Program-made: the position numbers and the translations under genes
Source: a virus
Strand: one strand, 5' to 3'
DNA: 39,505 nucleotides
UHGV virus genome: UHGV-1361754
The notes under the pieces: generated by a model
Seen by the model: only the letters and a program-made list of their open reading frames with translations
What the model was told of the DNA's origin: nothing
Database searches by the model: none
Part shown: positions 16,735-26,099 of the stretch, piece after piece
Numbering within the stretch: position 1 is the stretch's first letter
How the letters are laid out: each line of letters opens with the position of its first letter

Positions 16735-17866
16735 TTCCACTATTCCCACCTCCTTTCGCTGTGGTTTTCGTGTACAAAACATCCCCATTAGGAATGCTTG
16801 GCAATCCGTAATAATCTCTGACCTCATTAATCAGTAGATAACCGTCTCCGCCATTGCCGTCTTCCATTGCTTTATTCATCCTAGAAGCCTTGTCTTGACC
16901 AGTTAGCGTTGAGAAATCCAATTCCACATTGATTCCTAACTTAATTGCTAACTCGTCTGTAATCATCTGTGAGAGTGCCCTAAGCGTACTAGAAACGTAG
17001 GAATCGTTAGCCGAATCGTCTTTGGTATTGACTAACTCCATACCAAAACGTGACAAAGGAATGCCGAACGCTTTAGCAATTTGTTTTGTCGAGTACACGT
17101 TGTTTTGAATCATCTTCAAAATATCCGTATTTAGCTCAAACTGTTTGAATTCCTGTGTATCGTCCAAAACAATTACGCTATTAGCGTTTGAAGCACCGCT
17201 GTTTACTTCTTCAAAGTCTTGCTTAATTTGCTTTTTAGACTTGTTATTCAGCGTACCTTTATTGAGCTTCAAAACTCCGCCTGCTTGAATCCCCTTCTTG
17301 AAGAAGGAGCTTAGCATTTTGTTCCCATTGTCGAGCATGGAAAGTTCTGTTTTGAGTGCATCCAATGGACTGATACCGGTTTTTCCGTTTACAGTTATAT
17401 ATTTGAAGTGCAACATCTCGCTAGAATCAACACGGTACAAATTTCCTGCTTTGTTTGTGTACTCATACCGCAACACACCTGTCTCTAAATCTTCGTAAAC
17501 GACGACTTGTGACGGTTTAGCAAACTCTAAGCTATTTTCATGAATGATCGCAAAAGCATTCCCTGACAAAAGCATTTGAGCCGTGATAGCAAACATGAAA
17601 GAATATGGTGTCATACTTGCGTTTGGGCACTTGTTCAACATGTCTAACTTTCGAATGTCTGCTTGCTTATTATCGGAAAACTTGAACTTGCTAGCGGCAA
17701 TATCTCCAGCCAATATCTTTACCGCTGTAAACACATCAGACTGTTCTAGTGCCGTTTCTCCGTCAAAGTTGATGGTCGTGTTCCCATTTACAGTTGAAAT
17801 GAAGTCGAGCATTGTACTCGAACGACTGGACAAGCTACGTTTTTCCGTTTGGAAAAATAAACCCAT
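16682..17866 (-). CDS. Portal protein (HK97 family)
   Basis: 394 aa, directly downstream of terL. Gly/Asn-rich C-terminal tail. Confidence 0.85.
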   Translation of the reverse strand: MGLFFQTEKRSLSSRSSTMLDFISTVNGNTTINFDGETALEQSDVFTAVKILAGDIAASKFKFSDNKQADIRKLDMLNKCPNASMTPYSFMFAITAQMLLSGNAFAIIHENSLEFAKPSQVVVYEDLETGVLRYEYTNKAGNLYRVDSSEMLHFKYITVNGKTGISPLDALKTELSMLDNGNKMLSSFFKKGIQAGGVLKLNKGTLNNKSKKQIKQDFEEVNSGASNANSVIVLDDTQEFKQFELNTDILKMIQNNVYSTKQIAKAFGIPLSRFGMELVNTKDDSANDSYVSSTLRALSQMITDELAIKLGINVELDFSTLTGQDKASRMNKAMEDGNGGDGYLLINEVRDYYGLPSIPNGDVLYTKTTAKGGGNSGNGNSEFSGNPVNGQSND

Positions 17867-17885
17867 TTATCCCACCTCCTTTCAG

Positions 17886-18071
17886 CTATAATTCTGATTC
17901 TCGAACCAAAATAAAAACGGTAAGCATTAAACTAATGCCCACCGTCAGGAATCCGATAATCTGGTTAAACAAAAAAGCTGCGGCTATGAATGAAACTAGC
18001 CCTAAAACATACAAAATAATCACGATTAGTCTTAACTTGTTACCATCCAAAGCCATACTCGCCCCTTTCAA
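17886..18071 (-). CDS. Small membrane protein between terL and portal
   Basis: 61 aa with two hydrophobic helices. Overlaps the terL 3' end. Confidence 0.35.
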   Translation of the reverse strand: MKGASMALDGNKLRLIVIILYVLGLVSFIAAAFLFNQIIGFLTVGISLMLTVFILVRESEL

Positions 18072-19773
18072 TCAATTCATTGATATCTTCTTCATCAAAA
18101 TCATGGTACATTGCCTGCGTGTAAGCATTAATCAACGCATCTAAAGGATCAATCTTATTTCGATTCATTGCCTTATCAATCATGATTGTATCGTTGTTTT
18201 CTTTGGTGATTGCGTTTCTGATTGCTCTGTTAAGCAGTGGATTGTTTGAATGGACTGTTTTTCCTTTAATAACGTCCGTTCTAAATTGTTTTGTCGGAAC
18301 GTTCAAAGTTATCAGCCCTTGTCGCACTTCAATCATTTCTTTCTCGTAGAATTTCGATAGATCAGTAATAACATTACCAGCATTATACGGATCGTAAAAG
18401 ATACCTTTTAACTCAAAGTTATTACTTTCGATGAAATCAGTAAGCCAATTGACTAAATCGTGATAGTCAATCAATCCGTCTGGACTACTACTAATCGTGC
18501 AATAGCCTGCTTGCTCATATTGTCGGTATGGCGTTTTGTCTTCTTTTTCTTTTGCTTCAATTCCGCCACGATTGGCTACAAAGGAATAGCTATCAACAAA
18601 AAACTTACTTTCTTCTCTGATTGGAATGACCCACGAAATAGAAGTTAAGTCATTCACTCGTGACAAATCGACACCGATGTAAATCTCACGCCCTGTTAAG
18701 TCCGTTTGTTTGATGTAATCAGGAGCAACGGCAGAAGTCCACTCTTCTTCGCTCATATAACTTTCTTGTGAAGATTGAACCCATATGTTGAATTCTTTAG
18801 TAAGAACGTTTGATATACTTCCTTTTGCTTTTCCTTCGTCTAAAAGTCGTTTTTTGTTTTCAGTTAGTCGTTCTTTTTGTTCTGATAGTTCCATTAATGG
18901 GTTGGACTTTATCCACATGTCAGTGTCCGCTACTTCTTTAGCATTGTCCTGTTCCCAACATAGCGCTAAATACTCATCGCCTACCACTTCTTCTTTTAGC
19001 AACTTCGTTACATACTGATACTCTATCGAGTACATTGGATAGTTTAGTTTGCTTGAAGCCGTTGAAATGATAATCGTTAGCGGTTCGATTTGTTGCCCCA
19101 TTGACGTTTCGATAACATCCATCATTTCCGTTGTTTTAGACAGGGCATACTCATCAAAAATGCCTAATAATGTATCGAGACCGTCCAATGTATCTGCATC
19201 AGCAGACAGTGGTTTCATAAATGAATCATCTGTCGTAGTAAGCTCGTTTTGTAGAACCTTTGTAAATTTCTGGATCGCTTTACTTTTTCCACGTAAGGCT
19301 TTTAATTGTGACTTAACCATAGTGAAAACGATTTTCGCTTGATCTCGTTTGTTAGCAGTAGCGTATATCTGTCTTGCTTGTCGTGGATTTCGTTCGTAAA
19401 TTAGACAGTACAGCGCAATCCCTGAAACAATCAACGATTTTCCTTGCTTACGTGCTAGCGAAAGATAGGCTTTTCTGAAACGCTTGGTATTGTCTTTCTT
19501 TCTTCGCCAGCCCCATAACATCCCTAGAATGAATTTCTGGAATAGTGCCAACTTATTAGGCTTGCCACTCTTAGGATCTGGAAGCATTGAAATGAATTTT
19601 ACAATATTTTGAGTGTATTTTGGTTCGTAGTAGTAAGGAAAGTCATCTCGCTTTGACCTCTCGATATCCTTTTTGTGTCTATCAATTGCCATCTGTATCT
19701 TCTCACAGACTAAGATATTCCCATTTTCTACTTCATCAATGTATTTTTGAACGTAATCAATCATCACTATCAA
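18040..19773 (-). CDS. Terminase large subunit (Terminase_1 family)
   Basis: 577 aa. Walker A-like SLARKQGKS, then a C-terminal nuclease region. Overlaps terS by 17 nt. Confidence 0.9.
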   Translation of the reverse strand: MIVMIDYVQKYIDEVENGNILVCEKIQMAIDRHKKDIERSKRDDFPYYYEPKYTQNIVKFISMLPDPKSGKPNKLALFQKFILGMLWGWRRKKDNTKRFRKAYLSLARKQGKSLIVSGIALYCLIYERNPRQARQIYATANKRDQAKIVFTMVKSQLKALRGKSKAIQKFTKVLQNELTTTDDSFMKPLSADADTLDGLDTLLGIFDEYALSKTTEMMDVIETSMGQQIEPLTIIISTASSKLNYPMYSIEYQYVTKLLKEEVVGDEYLALCWEQDNAKEVADTDMWIKSNPLMELSEQKERLTENKKRLLDEGKAKGSISNVLTKEFNIWVQSSQESYMSEEEWTSAVAPDYIKQTDLTGREIYIGVDLSRVNDLTSISWVIPIREESKFFVDSYSFVANRGGIEAKEKEDKTPYRQYEQAGYCTISSSPDGLIDYHDLVNWLTDFIESNNFELKGIFYDPYNAGNVITDLSKFYEKEMIEVRQGLITLNVPTKQFRTDVIKGKTVHSNNPLLNRAIRNAITKENNDTIMIDKAMNRNKIDPLDALINAYTQAMYHDFDEEDINELIERGEYGFGW

Positions 19774-20236
19774 CTTCGTTCATCATTTCAGCAAACGGAT
19801 CGTCTGGTTCTTTCTCCATTTCTTGTGGATTGACAATCTTTAGACGTGAGTTGATTGTCAGTCCTAAATCATTAGTTGCTGTTTTCAGTTCTTTAGAGAA
19901 TGAATTGACAGTATCGATTAAAGGATTTTTACGACCATCGATCAAAAAGCCTTGTTCGTCTAACTCTTTGCTTGCTTTGTCGTATAAGTATGAATAGTTG
20001 CAGTAGCGAATCATTGTTTGTTGGTCTAGTTCTGAAATAGGCAAGTCCTGAATGTAGCGAGAGATTCTATCCCATTCTTTTTGTGCTTCTTCTAGCAAAC
20101 CGATCGGGTAAATTGAAAAGTCCAATCTTGGATAGTTATAGAGTTTTTCTTCTTCTGCTTTCTTGATCGCTATTTCTTCTTTTGTGTAATTCTTTTTGCT
20201 TGCATCGAGTAATTTTTTAGGTCTTCCTCGTCCCAC
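19757..20236 (-). CDS. Terminase small subunit (P27 family)
   Basis: 159 aa. MGRGRPKK N-terminus, acidic C-terminus. Confidence 0.8.
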   Translation of the reverse strand: MGRGRPKKLLDASKKNYTKEEIAIKKAEEEKLYNYPRLDFSIYPIGLLEEAQKEWDRISRYIQDLPISELDQQTMIRYCNYSYLYDKASKELDEQGFLIDGRKNPLIDTVNSFSKELKTATNDLGLTINSRLKIVNPQEMEKEPDDPFAEMMNEVDSDD

Positions 20237-20404
20237 ATCATCACCTCTTTCAGTCTTTACAAAGTTTTTATAGGGAATTTAATTTACACAAGGGAGGGCA
20301 TCGATTTTCTTCGTTCTAGCGACATAGGGCGGCTTATTTTTTATCAAAACTATTTTTTAGTATATATTTATATACACTTTAGGCAAAACGCCTTAGAACG
20401 CAAA

Positions 20405-20779
20405 TTAGAGCCTTTTAAGGCTATATGCCTTTTTATGCTCTTTGTTGTGGCACGACTGGCAAATACTTTCTAACGTATCGTAGTCTAACCTTTTATCCCA
20501 ATCTTCTTTTACTTCCGTTTTGTGATGGACTATCGTAGCACTGGTTATTTTCCCATTTCTCAAACACTCCTCACATAGTGGTTGGTCTGCCAGCTTGCTA
20601 CGTCTTAGCTTCTTCCATTGGCTTGAAGCATAGAAGCGAGCATACTTCATGTTCTCTTTGTTGTGTCTCACTTCTCTGTTGTATGTCTTATCCGCATTAC
20701 CTTTGTGCTTCTCACAATAACGGTTGGGTAACTCAACGTATTCGCGGCAGATAGACACAGCGCATTTGATTTTAGGCAT
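20405..20779 (-). CDS. HNH endonuclease (packaging-associated, cos-phage type)
   Basis: 124 aa with Cys pairs and the HH motif (CEKH..., SATIVHHKTEVKED, CQSCHNKEHK). Sits immediately upstream of terS as in HK97-like cos phages. Confidence 0.85.
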   Translation of the reverse strand: MPKIKCAVSICREYVELPNRYCEKHKGNADKTYNREVRHNKENMKYARFYASSQWKKLRRSKLADQPLCEECLRNGKITSATIVHHKTEVKEDWDKRLDYDTLESICQSCHNKEHKKAYSLKRL

Positions 20780-20780
20780 T

Positions 20781-21353
20781 CTATATTTCTCTTTTGTGTC
20801 CGATTGTTTTCATATCTGTATACTTATCATTAAAGCTAGAAAAGTATTGAATCGTGATGTCGTTAGCTCCATGATCGTTACTGCTAAAGCTATCAGTCTT
20901 CCAATGATACGAGATATCTACCAAAGCTTTATTAGGCAGCTCATCCAACCTCTCACCCTTGTAATACACTTCAGGGACCGAATCAGTATCCTTCAGTTTA
21001 ATTTCTAGAAGATTCTTATTACTTCTATCATCTAACGCCAATTCATCAATCCTCTTTTTGGTTTGTTGCATTAATTTTCTTCTTGTCTCTTCTGTCATTG
21101 GTGCTACTTTCTCATAACCAATAAACTCACGAGAAAAGTGTTCAATAGCATAAGCGTTTTGAAGTGGTTTAGCTCTAAGAACAGCTGGATTATTGCTATA
21201 AAAACGATCTACTAATAACTTCCCTATAGGAATGGCATCTAAAGCTCTATCAGTAAACACTAAAGCATTGGGATAATCTTCTTGAATTTTGTAAGCTAGA
21301 CTTGGTGAAGTTACAACGTTATACCCTTCTCTGATATAATCTTTTAATTTCAT
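20781..21353 (-). CDS. Hypothetical protein
   Basis: 190-aa ORF, tightly packed next to the HNH gene. Confidence 0.5.
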   Translation of the reverse strand: MKLKDYIREGYNVVTSPSLAYKIQEDYPNALVFTDRALDAIPIGKLLVDRFYSNNPAVLRAKPLQNAYAIEHFSREFIGYEKVAPMTEETRRKLMQQTKKRIDELALDDRSNKNLLEIKLKDTDSVPEVYYKGERLDELPNKALVDISYHWKTDSFSSNDHGANDITIQYFSSFNDKYTDMKTIGHKREI

Positions 21354-21417
21354 AGTTTTCCTCCTAAAAACATCTAATAATTACTTGCTAACAACTTGAT
21401 GTAATCATAGTTATCAT

Positions 21418-21645
21418 TCATTTGATGTACCTCTCAATATTTTGTTGAATATACTCGTCTTTCCAATAGCCATGGCCACAGTAACGAAGATTGTACTTAT
21501 CGATCTCTTTCGGTGTAGCTTCTCTGGTCATTTCAATGATGGAGTATTTCTTTTTGATTTGTACAGAACGCACAACACGCACTGAACAATCATCAATGGT
21601 TCGAGGATATTCATTAGTTAGTGATATATACCAGTAGTTTCTCAT
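21418..21645 (-). CDS. Hypothetical protein (75 aa)
   Basis: ORF whose ATG overlaps the stop of the upstream 55-aa ORF (ATGA). Confidence 0.45.
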   Translation of the reverse strand: MRNYWYISLTNEYPRTIDDCSVRVVRSVQIKKKYSIIEMTREATPKEIDKYNLRYCGHGYWKDEYIQQNIERYIK

Positions 21646-21809
21646 TTGGCTTTTCTCCTTCTGCGAAAAGAAATAACTTCATTGTTTTCCTTTCGTTTAT
21701 ATGTATCGCTCTTTATTGGCTTTCGAATTGTTAGGTAAGGTTTGGAATCTGAACCGGCATAAATATAAGTCTCTTCATATCGTTGTTCGAGATATTGTGG
21801 GCGATACAT
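21642..21809 (-). CDS. Small basic 55-aa ORF (MYRPQYLEQRYEETYIYAGSDSKPYLTIRKPIKSDTYKRKENNEVISFRRRRKAK)
   Basis: Below the ORF-track cutoff. Strong RBS AAGGAGTG 7 nt upstream of ATG 21809. ATGA coupling to the next gene. Confidence 0.4.
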   Translation of the reverse strand: MYRPQYLEQRYEETYIYAGSDSKPYLTIRKPIKSDTYKRKENNEVISFRRRRKAK

Positions 21810-21843
21810 TTTATTCACTCCTTATATTGTCCTGTTGTAAATA

Positions 21844-22083
21844 CTATTCACCAGACACTGTCGCAATGACTATCGCGACTAACATAATCAAAATCCATAA
21901 ACCTATGCCAATCAAAGTCGGCGTAAATACTAGCAGCCAACTCCAGCTGATTAATTTAAATAACTTGGCTATAACGAAGATGATTGTCAAAATGCTTAAA
22001 AAGCCTAATTTATTGTTAGTTTCTTTTTCCATTCCTATTCCTCCTTTAGCAAAATAAAAAGACCACTCAAAGAGTGATCTCAT
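21844..22083 (-). CDS. Small membrane protein (79 aa, two TM helices)
   Basis: Hydrophobic ORF downstream of the 540-bp ORF-free region. Confidence 0.45.
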   Translation of the reverse strand: MRSLFEWSFYFAKGGIGMEKETNNKLGFLSILTIIFVIAKLFKLISWSWLLVFTPTLIGIGLWILIMLVAIVIATVSGE

Positions 22084-22627
22084 ATGTAATGCACAGGCAG
22101 GGACGTTTCCGATCCTGTGCTTGAGTCATTTGACGATTCATTTGTACCAAATCCCAAAACTCAATCTAACCTAACCAACTATGTAATAGCAACCTACACC
22201 GATTCCATCGATTACTATCGACCTCGCCTTGCTCGTGTACTTTGAGCGCCCATTTCCAACCCTCAGTTGCTAAAGTCACTGGCAATGAATCGAACATTGC
22301 ATGGTCAAATCATAAAACGTTAAGGCCATCCCTCGACGTATTGACCTTATTTTTAAGCGTCTACCCTTTCCGCCACAGTGACATAATGACAATAGACAGC
22401 AACGGATGATAGATAATAAGAACAATTTAGAAGGAGTTGAAATTCACATCCTTATTCTTAATATTTCCGCTACTGTCTATCGAAGCTTAATTGTGAAACA
22501 ATAATAAAACGATGTTCCTTTTATTATTATTTTGTCTCAGACCTATCACTAATCTTTCGACACTACCATAATATCACTGGTAAATGGCTAAAAACCGCCA
22601 TCATTCCGCCAAAAAACCGCCATTTTT

Positions 22628-23014
22628 TTATGCGTCAGTCACTATACAAAGTTTGTCTTTGACCTTTAAAGCACAAACACTATAATAGTAGCCACCATTC
22701 CCATCATCCGCTGTGCATTCTGCTTTAGCGATCTCATTACGATTATGATAAACAACGACTTCAGCATAAGAAGTATATCCGTCGCCATTATATACACACT
22801 TACCTTTATCAAAAATTTTTATATCCGTAATAACCGCATCAAGTTTTACATTTTTGAATTCACCTCCAGCGTATGCGCAGCAATCATACTCGCTACATAC
22901 AACTTCTAATTTTGTTCCATCTTCTAAAATTAATTCACTCTCTGACCATTCTACGATTTTTTTGAAAATAAGATCTTTTTTCAACTCTTTCAATGATATA
23001 TAATCTTTCCACAT
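22628..23014 (-). CDS. Cys-rich hypothetical protein
   Basis: 128 aa with CSEYDCCAY and CTADDGNGGYYYSVC motifs. Directly downstream of arpU. Confidence 0.5.
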   Translation of the reverse strand: MWKDYISLKELKKDLIFKKIVEWSESELILEDGTKLEVVCSEYDCCAYAGGEFKNVKLDAVITDIKIFDKGKCVYNGDGYTSYAEVVVYHNRNEIAKAECTADDGNGGYYYSVCALKVKDKLCIVTDA

Positions 23015-23026
23015 TACCTGGTCCTC

Positions 23027-23443
23027 CTATTTATAAGCAATTATTCTTCCGTGTTTATATGCTTCTGCAAACTCTATTAGAGCTTCCGACTTCATCCGTT
23101 GTATACTTCTTTCTGAATAACCCACTTCACGGCTAATTCTGTAGTTTGAGAAGCTGTCTGGCACACAGAAGCTGTAGTAGAGTATCTGACGACTAATCAG
23201 ACTAAGAGCCATCAAAGCCGCTAGAATCGCATCTCTCTCCGCTTCTATATCCATCATCTGAATGATCGCGTCCTCTGCCTTATTGCCGTGCTTCGGTGCC
23301 TTCGGCATATCCGTAATAATCGGCGACTTAATATCTATCAAAGAGCGACCTGCCATCCGCTCCAAACGTCGAAAGTTCTTCAGCACATCTCTCGCATTAC
23401 ATCTTGTCTGTTTGAAATCTACCTCTCGTAACAATTTCATCAA
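23027..23443 (-). CDS. ArpU-family late transcriptional regulator (sigma-70 region-4-like)
   Basis: 138 aa. C-terminal YSERSIQRMKSEALIEFAEAY HTH typical of the ArpU/RinA-type family. Sits at the early/late boundary upstream of the packaging genes. Confidence 0.7.
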   Translation of the reverse strand: MMKLLREVDFKQTRCNARDVLKNFRRLERMAGRSLIDIKSPIITDMPKAPKHGNKAEDAIIQMMDIEAERDAILAALMALSLISRQILYYSFCVPDSFSNYRISREVGYSERSIQRMKSEALIEFAEAYKHGRIIAYK

Positions 23444-23462
23444 GTCAAACCGCTCCTTTATG

Positions 23463-23667
23463 TGATATAATAAACTTGTTGGGTTTATTGAATCAGTCGG
23501 AGCGATCCGGCTTTTTTATTGTTTTATCTGTTTTAACTGTGCTAAACTTTTCGAGTAGTGAGGTTACGCTCACTATCCATATACATGTTGAGCTATCTGG
23601 CGGAAAACAGATGGCTCACTATTTCAATATTCTGCTAAGGACAGCCAGTGGTCGGCTGTCTTTTTTA
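23463..23667 (+). ncRNA. Candidate structured small RNA: extended -10 promoter, three consecutive hairpins, intrinsic terminator
   Basis: TGaTATAAT at 23463-23471. Hairpins at 23556-23575, 23590-23617 (10-bp stem with one GU) and 23640-23660 (GACAGCC-agtggtc-GGCTGTC) followed by TTTTTTAT. No credible ORF, since the 80-aa track ORF reads through all the hairpins. Confidence 0.3.
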
Positions 23668-23757
23668 TATTTTAATGAGAAGCCTTACTTATTTTTTTAT
23701 CTTTATTACGAAAAATGATATTATCTATTGATAATAAAGCGTATAGGAGATGGTTGA

Positions 23758-24009
23758 GTGACTATGTGGAGCATGCTGTTATTTTGGATTCCCGTTTGTA
23801 TTGGTATCGTCGCATTTTGTTACTTTGTCAAACACTCTAGAACAAATAAGCTCCTCATGTTATCTTTTTTACCTATAGTATTTTTTATTGTACAAATTGT
23901 TAAATATACCTATATTGAATCGCAAGAAATATTCATTTTTTATGTGGTAGGTTTATTTATCTCTGTGGTCTTTTTCATAATGATACTTTCCTATTTTTAT
24001 AAAAAATAA
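23758..24009 (+). CDS. Small membrane protein encoded opposite to the phage operons (moron-like)
   Basis: 83 aa (true start may be ATG 23764), three hydrophobic helices. Preceded by AGGAGA. Convergent with the minus-strand early operon. Confidence 0.45.
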   Translation: MTMWSMLLFWIPVCIGIVAFCYFVKHSRTNKLLMLSFLPIVFFIVQIVKYTYIESQEIFIFYVVGLFISVVFFIMILSYFYKK

Positions 24010-24041
24010 ATTTTTCTCTTAGAAGTACATTTTTTCGCTGT

Positions 24042-24329
24042 TTATATAGCCTTCATATCCACTAATCGAACAACTGCAATATTCGATTTGCTCTTCGCTA
24101 GCTCTTTGTCACAGTCCATCGTGTTTTCAATACGAATGATTGCAGAATGATTATAGACGTGTTCTACATATCCTCTGAACGGATAGATGAACCCTTCTGC
24201 TTCGCAGCGAACCATGTCACCGACTTTGACTTTTGGTTTCTTACGTGTTTTAGGATTCTTTGTCGGCATGTCTAGCATTAAACCGCCGATACCATGACTA
24301 CTAGCGTAAAATCCGTCTTTTAGTTTCAT
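24042..24329 (-). CDS. Hypothetical early protein (95 aa)
   Basis: ORF in the tightly packed early operon. Confidence 0.5.
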   Translation of the reverse strand: MKLKDGFYASSHGIGGLMLDMPTKNPKTRKKPKVKVGDMVRCEAEGFIYPFRGYVEHVYNHSAIIRIENTMDCDKELAKSKSNIAVVRLVDMKAI

Positions 24330-24550
24330 TACTCTACCCCCTCATGATCGACAGTGACCAGTTCATATACTTGCGTTAATCCACCAAGTCGTCGTGAAAC
24401 TTGGTTAGCTTCTTCGAGATTATCAAACCATCTTGCGCTTTGGAGTATGTCTACAATGGATAATGTGTTAGCGCCTATAGAACGTTCATCACTTCTGTAA
24501 AATTGATTTCCAAACTTTACTACATAAATCTTCATTCTGTATCCTCCCAT
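24329..24550 (-). CDS. Hypothetical early protein (73 aa)
   Basis: ORF with start/stop overlap to its neighbours. Confidence 0.45.
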   Translation of the reverse strand: MGGYRMKIYVVKFGNQFYRSDERSIGANTLSIVDILQSARWFDNLEEANQVSRRLGGLTQVYELVTVDHEGVE

Positions 24551-24729
24551 TTAATATCTAGTATCGAAATTCCAAACTTACGAATAGCATCACTTGCATC
24601 AGCAACACACTGACTTGCCACTTTATATGTTTCTTCTGCTGAAATTCCATATTCTTTTTCAAACTTTGTCTTTAGTACATTCAGTTCCCGTTTTCTTAGT
24701 TTTGTTATTCTGCGATGTCTGTTGTTCAT
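24532..24729 (-). CDS. Hypothetical early protein (65 aa)
   Basis: ORF in the early operon. Confidence 0.4.
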   Translation of the reverse strand: MNNRHRRITKLRKRELNVLKTKFEKEYGISAEETYKVASQCVADASDAIRKFGISILDIKWEDTE

Positions 24730-24752
24730 TTTTCTTCACCTCTGTTTTGTTT

Positions 24753-25058
24753 TCACCATTTCTTTGTTGAAAACCCGCAACGTCTATACTGTTTAATTCG
24801 TTTCTTAGGTCTTTCTAGATCAACCAGAATAAATCTGTCGGATATATGATAATCTTCTATTACAGCCGTATACATTGGATTCGAAACCGAGTACCATGAT
24901 CTTTTTTTATCAAACTCATCCGCATCATCTCTTGTAATTTCTATCATGTTAGCAGACATTAGATAGCTCTCTTCTTCTACCTCGAATGGGTAGGAATTTG
25001 TATCCCAGCTTCGAGGAAACCTGGCCAAATCTCTTTTTAAATAAACTTGAACATTCAT
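24753..25058 (-). CDS. Hypothetical early protein (101 aa)
   Basis: ORF in the early operon. Confidence 0.45.
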   Translation of the reverse strand: MNVQVYLKRDLARFPRSWDTNSYPFEVEEESYLMSANMIEITRDDADEFDKKRSWYSVSNPMYTAVIEDYHISDRFILVDLERPKKRIKQYRRCGFSTKKW

Positions 25059-25279
25059 TCCGCTTCCTCCTCAACCGTCCAAGCATTTGTAAATTTCTCT
25101 AAGCTTATTAGTTCATCTTCATTTAAATATCCGTAACCATATAAGGATTCTAAAAGGTCTTCTTTTGAATAGCCTCTAAAATCAAGTCTGAGACCGCTTA
25201 GGATGTATACAAAGGTTTTATTTCCATAAAACTTGATTGTGTATGTTTTCATCCCTCTTCCTCCTGTTCTAATCCCCAT
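25055..25279 (-). CDS. Hypothetical early protein (74 aa)
   Basis: 4-nt overlap with the downstream gene. Confidence 0.45.
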   Translation of the reverse strand: MGIRTGGRGMKTYTIKFYGNKTFVYILSGLRLDFRGYSKEDLLESLYGYGYLNEDELISLEKFTNAWTVEEEAE

Positions 25280-25635
25280 TGAGCGAATGCTGATAGGACT
25301 TCATATTCTTGTTTACAATCCAATAGTTTATAAGCTTTGCGTACTTTATTAGGTAATTTTCCTAATAAATTTTTATCAGAAAAAGCATTAACAGATAATA
25401 TTGGTGCTTCTCTAGTTAAAATTGTCTCGCTTTTCAACCACTCCAACACGATTTGCTGGTTGTCGTTGAGTTGATATGGATCTTCTATTTGTCTTAAATC
25501 TTCCAATTCAAGTTGTAGATGACTGATTTGAACCATTTTAGCTTGCTCAACAATTGGAAACCCCAATCCCAAACTATCTTCTAAATTTTGGAGTTCGCTT
25601 TCTTTCTCAGATATGAGTTGTTGCAAACTTTTCAT
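25249..25635 (-). CDS. Hypothetical early protein (128 aa)
   Basis: ORF in the early operon. Confidence 0.45.
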   Translation of the reverse strand: MKSLQQLISEKESELQNLEDSLGLGFPIVEQAKMVQISHLQLELEDLRQIEDPYQLNDNQQIVLEWLKSETILTREAPILSVNAFSDKNLLGKLPNKVRKAYKLLDCKQEYEVLSAFAQWGLEQEEEG

Positions 25636-26099
25636 CCTTCCGCCACCTCTTCCACTGGCACAGCAAATGGCCAGTATCTTTCATCAATTGCTTTTATTTC
25701 CGCTTCTGTTAGCTGATAAGCAGATTTTTCCCAAGTACACAGCGAGCGACTAGTATCAAAACAGAAATCATTTCTGTTATTAAATTTCTTGATAAGATAT
25801 AAGTCACCAATAATAACTTCATACAACGGCTCTTTCTCAACCTCGTAGCCGTTGTATAGGCTCAATAGTGTTTCATATGATTGTCTCGTTGCCCAAGCGA
25901 GTAATTCTTCTCCTTGTTCTTGCGTCACTATGCCATCTCGTACAAACCAATCACATAAATAATATGAATCACCATCTTTAGATTTGATTAAATACGCTAT
26001 TTTTTCAGCTTTTGTTAAATTATCGGTACTTTTTTCGATCCAATCCGCCACAAACTTCGGCACAACTGACTTCTGCGGTTCTTCTATTTGTTTATTCAT
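25632..26099 (-). CDS. DUF1642-like phage protein
   Basis: 155 aa with N-terminal ...VPKFVADWIEKS, as I recall for DUF1642 proteins of streptococcal/lactococcal phages. Confidence 0.45.
   Translation of the reverse strand: MNKQIEEPQKSVVPKFVADWIEKSTDNLTKAEKIAYLIKSKDGDSYYLCDWFVRDGIVTQEQGEELLAWATRQSYETLLSLYNGYEVEKEPLYEVIIGDLYLIKKFNNRNDFCFDTSRSLCTWEKSAYQLTEAEIKAIDERYWPFAVPVEEVAEG

Noticed and set aside
16734-16827. Long N-terminal extension of the prohead protease ORF (start at 16827)
   Set aside because: It would overlap the portal gene by about 145 nt and lacks an RBS. The internal start at 16734/16740 has AAGGAGGTG upstream.
21701-22057. 118-aa plus-strand ORF spanning two minus-strand genes
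   Set aside because: Antisense to two coupled minus-strand ORFs, with no start signals.
23476-23718. 80-aa plus-strand ORF between arpU and the plus-strand membrane gene
   Set aside because: It reads straight through three stable hairpins and a terminator and has no RBS. The region is better explained as non-coding structured RNA.
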